Shown here in pieces: positions 40,918-47,538 of a DNA stretch of 59,136 nucleotides (position 1 is its first letter; each line of letters opens with the position of its first letter). A program made the position numbers and the translations under genes. Source of the DNA: Candidatus Nomurabacteria bacterium (GTDB taxonomy: Bacteria > Patescibacteriota > Minisyncoccia > Phycocordibacterales > UBA1006). The stretch lies in NCBI GenBank assembly GCA_943357975.1, contig CALRGS010000001.1, positions 1-59,136 on the forward strand. The letters are read 5' to 3'. The notes beneath the pieces are model-generated. The model was given only the letters and a program-made list of their open reading frames with translations, ran no database searches and had not been told where the DNA came from.

Positions 40918-43134
40918 TTATTTCGCAACCTTTACCGCCTCTTCAAATCGAATCGACAATAGCGTAGATGCATCATCAGACCCAAGCGTCACTCCGTACA
41001 GGATATCAGCTCGGGACATCGTCTCTCGGTTATGAGTTACCACAACCAACTGTGTTTGCTTCGCAAGGTTTTCAATCATATCGCCATACTTCTGACTATT
41101 CACTTCATCCAAGGCCGCATCTGTTTCGTCGAGCACTAGGAATGGTGGTGGGTTTACTTGAGACAGGGCAAAGAGTAGTGCAATAGAAGTAAGGCTTCGC
41201 TCTCCTCCGGAAAGCATGTCCAAATCCTTTACTTTTTTTCTTGGTAGAGACACATCAATATCAATCCCTTGCTCCTTCTCTTCTTGATCATCTTCTTCAT
41301 CAGAAATAATTTCATTACCCTCTTCATCCAACTCTTTCTTCTTACGCTTTTCAATGGTTACCACATCAAGCTTCGCATCACCTCCTCCGAACATCAGTTT
41401 GAAGAATATATCAAACTCCTTGTTAATTTTTGTAATACCATTTTTAAATTCACTTCCCAATTTTTCTTTCAAATCCTTGATAGTTGATTCCAGGGTCATG
41501 AGAGCATTTGTAAGGTCAGTAATTTCTTTTTCAAGGAATTGATCACGAGTTACTGTTTCATCAAATTCTTGCATGATATCCCCTCCACCTCCTCCACCCA
41601 TATCCTCAAGGCGGATTTTTACACGCTCAATTTCATGATGCATCGTACGCAATCCTTGCTCATCAATAGCAACCTGTTCGTTCAAAAATTTATTTTTCAA
41701 ATCTACTACTGATGATCCTACGAGGTTTTCAGCATGACCATATTCATCACGAAGATTTTCCGCACGATTTTTCAATTCATTTGTTGTATTTTCAAGGATA
41801 TTTCGTCGTGACACAATATCACTTCTCTGCGCTTGAGCTTCATAAAATCCACGCTCCCGATCCAAATGCATGGCACGAGTTTCTGCCATTTTATTTTCTA
41901 CACTCACAATTTCTTGCTCCTGTTTCGCAATTTCTGCATCAAGTCCCGCAATTTGTGACTCTAGCTCTCTCTTGGTAGTTTCAAATTCACTGGTATCTAC
42001 TGAAATTTGGGTTTGTGGGCTTCCTTTTTTATCTACAATATATAATTTTAATTTCTTGATAATTTCACTTACTGAAATACTTGCATCTGATTCCAGTTCG
42101 CTGATCAATGTTTCGATTTCTGAAATCGTCACCGAAACCACTCCTTGGCGTGCAGGAATAATTCGTGTTGCAGATTCAATCATTCCCTCTACACGCCCAA
42201 TTTGTCGCCCGAGATCGTCACGTGTTCGTGATAATTCTCGAATATGATTTCGAATACTCACCAACACAGACTCCTCCTGTTTTACTTGATCCTCAGACTC
42301 GTCACTTCCCAATTGTTTCAATTTTTCTTCTACATGACTCAGTTCATTCGTAAGCTTCTGTAACGCACTGTCGGTTTCAAATTTCTTCCGCGCTAAAAGA
42401 CTTTGCTCTTGGACTAAATAATTAGTATATAAATCAGCAAGGGCGATTTCAAGTTCACGTGCTTTTTCGATCTTTTCTACCTGCTTCTTCAAGAATTTAA
42501 TATGTGGCGCAAGTTCACGACGAAGACTCTCTGCTTCACGCACATGTTCACGAGTTTTTTCAAGCTTGCGCTCAGCATCCTTGATACGATAGTGATATAA
42601 TTTTAATCCCAAAGACTCTTCCAACATTTCGCGTCGCTCTGCAGGTTTAGAATTCAACAGTCGATCGGCTTCTCCTTGAGAAATAATGTGGTGACCACTT
42701 GATCCGATGTTTACTGAAGCAATTAATTCATGGACATCTTTCAATCGCACCTCGTTTCCATTCAATGAATATTTATTTCCTCCATCCATGTGGACTTCAC
42801 GCGAAATAGTAATTTCATCGAAATCAAGCGGGAGGTTTTGGTCGTCCATTGCAGGTAAATTAAAAATACGTTTGGTGTTATCAAAAGTAATAGCAACGCT
42901 GGCTCGGTTCATTTTTCCGATTTGTTTTGATCCTTTGAAAATCAAATCTGCTCCGGTTTTAGAACGCATTGATTTAGTAGACTGTTCCCCAAGTACGAAT
43001 CGAATCGCTTCTACTACGTTTGATTTACCAGAACCATTGGGACCCACAATAGCCGTTACTGGTGCAGAAAAGTCAAAAACCACCTTCTTGGCAAATGATT
43101 TAAATCCATGCATTTCGAGACGCTTGAGGGTCAT
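40918..43134 (-). CDS. smc: SMC-family chromosome segregation ATPase, unusually short (738 aa)
   Basis: N-terminal LEMHGFKSFA..GPNGSGKSN, C-terminal LSGGERSLTSIALLFAL..FLVLDETDAALD, coiled-coil middle. Confidence 0.8.
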   Translation of the reverse strand: MTLKRLEMHGFKSFAKKVVFDFSAPVTAIVGPNGSGKSNVVEAIRFVLGEQSTKSMRSKTGADLIFKGSKQIGKMNRASVAITFDNTKRIFNLPAMDDQNLPLDFDEITISREVHMDGGNKYSLNGNEVRLKDVHELIASVNIGSSGHHIISQGEADRLLNSKPAERREMLEESLGLKLYHYRIKDAERKLEKTREHVREAESLRRELAPHIKFLKKQVEKIEKARELEIALADLYTNYLVQEQSLLARKKFETDSALQKLTNELSHVEEKLKQLGSDESEDQVKQEESVLVSIRNHIRELSRTRDDLGRQIGRVEGMIESATRIIPARQGVVSVTISEIETLISELESDASISVSEIIKKLKLYIVDKKGSPQTQISVDTSEFETTKRELESQIAGLDAEIAKQEQEIVSVENKMAETRAMHLDRERGFYEAQAQRSDIVSRRNILENTTNELKNRAENLRDEYGHAENLVGSSVVDLKNKFLNEQVAIDEQGLRTMHHEIERVKIRLEDMGGGGGGDIMQEFDETVTRDQFLEKEITDLTNALMTLESTIKDLKEKLGSEFKNGITKINKEFDIFFKLMFGGGDAKLDVVTIEKRKKKELDEEGNEIISDEEDDQEEKEQGIDIDVSLPRKKVKDLDMLSGGERSLTSIALLFALSQVNPPPFLVLDETDAALDEVNSQKYGDMIENLAKQTQLVVVTHNRETMSRADILYGVTLGSDDASTLLSIRFEEAVKVAK

Positions 43135-43188
43135 ATATGAGTTTTAGTATAACAAAAAACACCCCCTTGCGGAAGTGCTTCCTAAAAA

Positions 43189-43599
43189 TTAAGCAATCGG
43201 TTTTGAATACCCACTATCTACTCCTCTATTACGACCGAGCATGGCATTTTCATATTTAACCTCTTTCTTCTTTTTCAATTCAATTTTGAATTGTTTAGGT
43301 TCAAAATCTTTCCCTGTTTGTTTTTTATACTGAATAAGGAGTTTGCCGTAAAGAAATATTTTTGTTTCATCATCGCGACATGGATTTGTAAGGTCCTTAT
43401 CTTCAGGATCATATTTCACAACAGAAATACTCACTTTAATTTTTTGAGTTTTCTTACATCCATTGAAACGCGCGAGAAGTTTACCAAGTTCTTCAGAACA
43501 ATCCATATCACCATCCCGATCAAAAACCACTCCAAAACTTGTTCCGTTTTTAACGGTAGTCCTTTTTGCTGGATCTCGCTTATTTATTTTTTTCTTCAT
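43189..43599 (-). CDS. hypothetical basic protein (136 aa)
   Basis: ORF trimmed to MKKKINKRD.. so that it starts downstream of the rnc stop. Confidence 0.5.
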   Translation of the reverse strand: MKKKINKRDPAKRTTVKNGTSFGVVFDRDGDMDCSEELGKLLARFNGCKKTQKIKVSISVVKYDPEDKDLTNPCRDDETKIFLYGKLLIQYKKQTGKDFEPKQFKIELKKKKEVKYENAMLGRNRGVDSGYSKPIA

Positions 43600-43649
43600 G
43601 TTTTTAGTTTTTAAAACTATACACCCAAAAAACCATTTCGTCAAATGAC

Positions 43650-44342
43650 CTATTCCCACCCTTTTGCCTCCAGTGCATTTCGAGCAGCACTTGTCTCGGC
43701 TTCTTGTTTCGAAGACCCTTTACCTTCAGCGATCTTCGTATCACGAAAGTAGATTCCAACGGTGAATATTTTATCGTGATCGGGACCTGTATCATGAAGC
43801 ACTTTGTATGACGGAGTCACTCCTTCATGTTCCTGAGATTTTTCCTGAACAAATGATTTCGCATCGCGCCACAATCCATGCTTGATAATATTTTCAAGTT
43901 CCGGAAGCAGGTGTGCATGAATGAATCCTTTTGCTGCATCATACCCTTGATCCAAATAGAGTGCTCCAGTAAACGCCTCAAACGTATTAGCCAAAATATA
44001 GGCCCGCGCCTTGCCCATGTCTTTTGCCTCACCTTTTGAGAGTAGCAAGTAATTATCAAATCCAAGGTTTTTAGATGCATCAGAAATGGTATTAGTATTC
44101 ACGAGTGATGCTCGGAATGCCGTAAGTTCTCCTTCTGGCTTGTCGCCATACTTGTTATATAAATAATCAGTAACAATAAGCTCCATTACTGCATCACCCA
44201 GGAATTCCAACCGCTCGTTATGCCCCATTCCTAGCCCAGTATTTTCATTCAAATAAGATCTATGCAAAAACGCCTGTTTGAGCAGGTCCTTGTTTTTGAA
44301 TTCAATATTGAGCTTTTTTTCAATTTCTGAGAAATCTTTCAT
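43650..44342 (-). CDS. rnc: ribonuclease III
   Basis: NERLEFLGDAV signature plus a C-terminal dsRBD. Confidence 0.93.
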   Translation of the reverse strand: MKDFSEIEKKLNIEFKNKDLLKQAFLHRSYLNENTGLGMGHNERLEFLGDAVMELIVTDYLYNKYGDKPEGELTAFRASLVNTNTISDASKNLGFDNYLLLSKGEAKDMGKARAYILANTFEAFTGALYLDQGYDAAKGFIHAHLLPELENIIKHGLWRDAKSFVQEKSQEHEGVTPSYKVLHDTGPDHDKIFTVGIYFRDTKIAEGKGSSKQEAETSAARNALEAKGWE

Positions 44343-44352
44343 AAAGTTCAGT

Positions 44353-44408
44353 CCTCACCCGACTCCCTTCGGGAGCCACCCTCTCCACTATCGTGGAGAG
44401 GGGTGAGG
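44353..44408 (+). repeat. REP-like hairpin element, family A, copy 3 (complete; between nusB-Nudix and rnc)
   Basis: Outer stem CCTCACCC/GGGTGAGG enclosing CTCCC-TTCG-GGGAG and CCCTCTCCAC-TATC-GTGGAGAGG(G) hairpins; ends 10 nt upstream of the rnc ATG. Confidence 0.8.
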
Positions 44409-44411
44409 AAT

Positions 44412-45317
44412 TTACATCGCCATAATCTTTTCTACTGCCATAGCCATTAGCTGAGTTACGTCGTCATACATCGTAAGGTCTGCAATTTCTTCCATTCCAA
44501 ACCATTTCACATCATCAAGACCCCCTCTCTCTTCCTTGAGTTTCAAAGGTTGGTATTCAGCCCTAGCTAAGTAATACAATACATGTTTTCGCACCGGACC
44601 ATTTTCAGGATGATGGGCAATGTATTCATTCTCACCAATTTTTTCAAGAATGTCTACATCGATTCCAATTTCTGACTTAATTTTTGCCTGAGTTCCTTCA
44701 ATTTCTCCGAGAGCAGCATCGATACCTCCTTTTGAAAGTGTCCAATATCCAAATACATCATGTACCATAGCAAAACGAACCGTTCCCGCTTCATCTTTAG
44801 AGAACACAACGGCGCCTCCTTTAATTTCTACCGGATATTGTGATGGATCAAGTGCAACATGGGGCTTTTTCTTCTTAGAAACCTGTTCTTTCCCTGGTTC
44901 ACCAATTTCCTTGTAAATAGCACCAAGTACCCCGTTAATAAACGGACCTGATTTTTCTCCACCAAATGCTTTTCCAAGCTCAATAGCCTCGTTGATCGCA
45001 ACTTTTGGAGGCACGTGTTCACGATCCCCAAAAAGGAGCTCATATAATCCCAATCGCAAAATATTACGATCAACAACCGATATTTTTTCAATCGGCCAAT
45101 CAGGAGCAGCTTTTTCAATAATCTCATCCAATACCTTCCTCTTGTTCACTACATTTTTCGTCGTTTCCTTGATAAATGTAGGGTCATCAATACCCGCACT
45201 AAACTCACCGAGGCAATGCTCGAGAGCTGCATCTGCACGCGTCTCGTCAAACCCATTAAAATCGAGTTCGAAGAGGGCTTGCATAATAATTGAACGTGCA
45301 ACGTGTCGATGTGACAT
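44412..45317 (-). CDS. nusB: NusB-like antitermination factor fused to a C-terminal Nudix-fold domain
   Basis: N-terminal ~140 aa is NusB-like (RSIIMQALFELDF..NRILRLGLYELLF). The C-terminal ~150 aa shows the Nudix pattern (GGAVVF..W.LSKGG..E..G) with a degenerate Nudix box. Confidence 0.7.
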   Translation of the reverse strand: MSHRHVARSIIMQALFELDFNGFDETRADAALEHCLGEFSAGIDDPTFIKETTKNVVNKRKVLDEIIEKAAPDWPIEKISVVDRNILRLGLYELLFGDREHVPPKVAINEAIELGKAFGGEKSGPFINGVLGAIYKEIGEPGKEQVSKKKKPHVALDPSQYPVEIKGGAVVFSKDEAGTVRFAMVHDVFGYWTLSKGGIDAALGEIEGTQAKIKSEIGIDVDILEKIGENEYIAHHPENGPVRKHVLYYLARAEYQPLKLKEERGGLDDVKWFGMEEIADLTMYDDVTQLMAMAVEKIMAM

Positions 45318-45378
45318 AAAGGTAATGAAAGAGCTTAAATGCTAAGAAGTTATAGTGATAAAAGATTAATAAAAAGGA

Positions 45379-45597
45379 TTATTTCTTCTTACCAGCAGCT
45401 TTAGTTTGCTTTTTAGCAACTTTAGCTACAACGTCGAGAACCTTGCGGCCTCGGTACATTCCAGTTGTAGTATCAATGCGGTGACGCAAGTGAGTTCCTC
45501 CTGTCTTAACATCGTTCGTAGTCTTCGGAGCCTTAAGGGCATGATGACTGCGACGATTCGCTGTGTGTGATTTTGTGTGACGCATTCGTACTACCAT
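45379..45597 (-). CDS. rpmF: 50S ribosomal protein L32 (no zinc-binding cysteines)
   Basis: MRHTKSHTANRRSHHALKAP.. pattern of bL32. Confidence 0.8.
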   Translation of the reverse strand: MVVRMRHTKSHTANRRSHHALKAPKTTNDVKTGGTHLRHRIDTTTGMYRGRKVLDVVAKVAKKQTKAAGKKK

Positions 45598-45650
45598 ATA
45601 GATGAGATATTATCAGATTATGAATAAAAAAGCAATAATTACCCCAAAGG

Positions 45651-45731
45651 CTACTTAGTTGGCCACCCTAAAAAGACAAGGAATGCGAAGAGGACGATGT
45701 GGTGAAATGTGTTTATGAATTCTGGTGACAT
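45651..45731 (-). CDS. candidate leaderless small hydrophobic protein (26 aa: MSPEFINTFHHIVLFAFLVFLGWPTK)
   Basis: Not in the ORF track. TTGACA(45761-45766)-17-TGcTAGTGT, then 6 nt to ATG 45731. Confidence 0.35.
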   Translation of the reverse strand: MSPEFINTFHHIVLFAFLVFLGWPTK

Positions 45732-45772
45732 ATAAATACACTAGCACAGCTTGTAACTAGTGTCAAGGATCC

Positions 45773-46381
45773 TCAAACAATCCCCTTCAGGAATAACCTG
45801 CGATGAATCTGAATGATTCCATATTTGCGAATTGCTTTGTAATGCTCAGGTGTTCCGTAGCCTTTGTTGTTGAAAAATCCATATTGTGGAAACTTCAGGT
45901 CATAGTCATTCATCAAGGCGTCACGATGTACCTTGGCCAAAACTGACGCACAGGAAATAACCGGAACCTTTCCATCGCCTTTGATGATAGTATGTTGTCT
46001 AAAAAATTTCTGAGGGGCACGTAGTCCCCCGTCTAAATAAATGTCTGCGTGTTCAGGATGAATTTTAAGTTTTCTGAGTGTTGCATCAAGGGCCATTTGA
46101 ATAGCCTTGGTTAAACCTTTCTCGTCAATAACTTCTGGTGCTGTAGAAGCTATTCGATACACACACCTTCCCTCTTTTGATAGTTCTATTAATTTGTGTG
46201 CGACGAGATCCCGCTTTTGTTCAGATAATACTTTCGAATCTTTCGCCCCAACTTTTTCAAGAAGTTTCAAATCATCATGAAGGATAGCGAACGCGCATAC
46301 TGTCACCGGGCCAGCAAGAGGCCCTCGACCTACTTCGTCGATACCTATGATGTATCTGATGTTCTCGGGGATTCTGCCCAT
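45773..46381 (-). CDS. rnhB: ribonuclease HII
   Basis: GIDEVGRGPLAGPV.., ..KGDGKVPVISCASVLAKV.. motifs. Confidence 0.92.
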   Translation of the reverse strand: MGRIPENIRYIIGIDEVGRGPLAGPVTVCAFAILHDDLKLLEKVGAKDSKVLSEQKRDLVAHKLIELSKEGRCVYRIASTAPEVIDEKGLTKAIQMALDATLRKLKIHPEHADIYLDGGLRAPQKFFRQHTIIKGDGKVPVISCASVLAKVHRDALMNDYDLKFPQYGFFNNKGYGTPEHYKAIRKYGIIQIHRRLFLKGIV

Positions 46382-46531
46382 GGGGTTAGTATACCAAACC
46401 CACCCAAGAAACCATCTTGCAAAATATTGTTAACTATTCTCTATTTAGAGCATCCAAATAGAGAAATTTACTAAGGATCATGGTCGGAGCAAGCCACATG
46501 GTAAGATGTGATCTATTTCGTTTTTGGGAAC

Positions 46532-46559
46532 TTGCATCCTGTTCTGTTTTGTATATACT
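46532..46559 (+). promoter_or_regulatory. predicted promoter of small RNA copy 2
   Basis: TTGCAT(46532-46537)-16-TATACT(46554-46559), then 6 nt to the AUG-initial transcript. The spacing is the same as in copy 1. Confidence 0.45.
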
Positions 46560-46565
46560 GATCTC

Positions 46566-46645
46566 ATGCTTGCGAGGATAAAACCTCTATCGGCATTGTA
46601 GCTGATGGCAAGCATACTAATGGATCCCTCTCGGAGGGATTTTTT
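46566..46645 (+). ncRNA. candidate structured small RNA, copy 2 (three-way junction plus intrinsic terminator)
   Basis: P1 AUGCUUGC(46566-46573)/GCAAGCAU(46608-46615), hairpin a GAGG-AUAAAA-CCUC 46574-46587, hairpin b AUCGGC-AUUGUA-GCUGAU 46589-46606, terminator GGATCCCTC-TCG-GAGGGAT-T5 at 46622-46645. Confidence 0.55.
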
Positions 46646-47012
46646 AGTAACTCATTCTATCCATTACACTAAAGAAATGCTTCTCTGTATTATTTAATTT
46701 TCTTATGACTACTTTTATTATTCTATTATCTTGCAGCTTACTGAGCTCCCAAAAAACTGCCGTGTCGCCTTGGCATACAAAAATTTCAACGTTTTCATCT
46801 TTCAAAATATCTATTACCTCTCGAAGTAAATGAAATCTTCTTATTTGATCTTGTATAGGTCTTGGAATACGTCCTTTTCTTATTAGATGATTAAACCCTG
46901 CTTTAGTAAAAAATATTTTCTCATTATTTAAAACTGGACACGATATTGATCCAATGCTTGAATACAATATTTTAGTCTCTTGTTTTAATCTTTTATAGTA
47001 TTCCAATTGCAT
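46644..47012 (-). CDS. orphan protein family X, copy 2 (122 aa), convergent with small RNA copy 2
   Basis: ORF 46644..47162 trimmed to MQLEYYKRLK.. for three reasons: it aligns with the start of copy 1, the upstream terminator 47098..47134 lies inside the long ORF, and the promoter region is homologous. Confidence 0.65.
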   Translation of the reverse strand: MQLEYYKRLKQETKILYSSIGSISCPVLNNEKIFFTKAGFNHLIRKGRIPRPIQDQIRRFHLLREVIDILKDENVEIFVCQGDTAVFWELSKLQDNRIIKVVIRKLNNTEKHFFSVMDRMSY

Positions 47013-47097
47013 AATAACCAAGCCTAGCAAACCAGGATAAATTCTAGATAAATTATTTCTCAAGTTTTGATAAGGTCTCCTTTTAGATTCCTTGCAA

Positions 47098-47134
47098 CGA
47101 AAAAAGCCCTGTTCACTCTGTGAACAGGGCTTTT
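47098..47134 (-). terminator. intrinsic terminator after the 47143..47445 gene
   Basis: GCCCTGTTCAC/GTGAACAGGGC stem followed by a T-run on the minus strand. Confidence 0.75.
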
Positions 47135-47142
47135 CAAAAAAC

Positions 47143-47445
47143 TCAGAAAAAGATACCTCCAATGTTTATTGCGGACAGGACAATCCATAGGTATAGTAAA
47201 CCAATACGATACCATACAAATGAATTATAGGGACTACTATCTTTCACGAGTCGAGGAGCTTCAATGAGCATTATCACAGCAATAACACATGAGGCATAAA
47301 GAAACTGAACAAGATTTTGTGAATAGAGTACCTCTATAGGTATTCCGCTATATCCACTGTATTCGATAAACTTGTAGCACAGCGTGAAAATTATCGTACA
47401 ACTTGGTGCGATAACATAAATAAAAATCATTATGAATGTACCCAT
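47143..47445 (-). CDS. hypothetical membrane protein (100 aa, 3 TM)
   Basis: ORF, divergent from dnaE. Confidence 0.55.
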   Translation of the reverse strand: MGTFIMIFIYVIAPSCTIIFTLCYKFIEYSGYSGIPIEVLYSQNLVQFLYASCVIAVIMLIEAPRLVKDSSPYNSFVWYRIGLLYLWIVLSAINIGGIFF

Positions 47446-47538
47446 GATTGCTTGTTTAAATTGATTGAATTTAACTCATATAATCATAAATCTACCATTT
47501 CGTCAAGTAGCCAGTTATCTGCTATAATCTCCTCACTT

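Noticed and set aside
41560-41600. The Gly6 run in SMC as a minimal hinge.
   Set aside because: By alignment logic it sits just before the C-terminal head segment, not at the coiled-coil apex.
46480-46581. 33-codon plus-strand ORF (MVGASHMVRCDLFRFWELASCSVLYILISCLRG) upstream of and overlapping small RNA copy 2, considered as a possible type I toxin-like peptide.
   Set aside because: There is no convincing promoter, and the AGGA lies only 2 nt from the ATG. There is no counterpart at the copy 1 locus.
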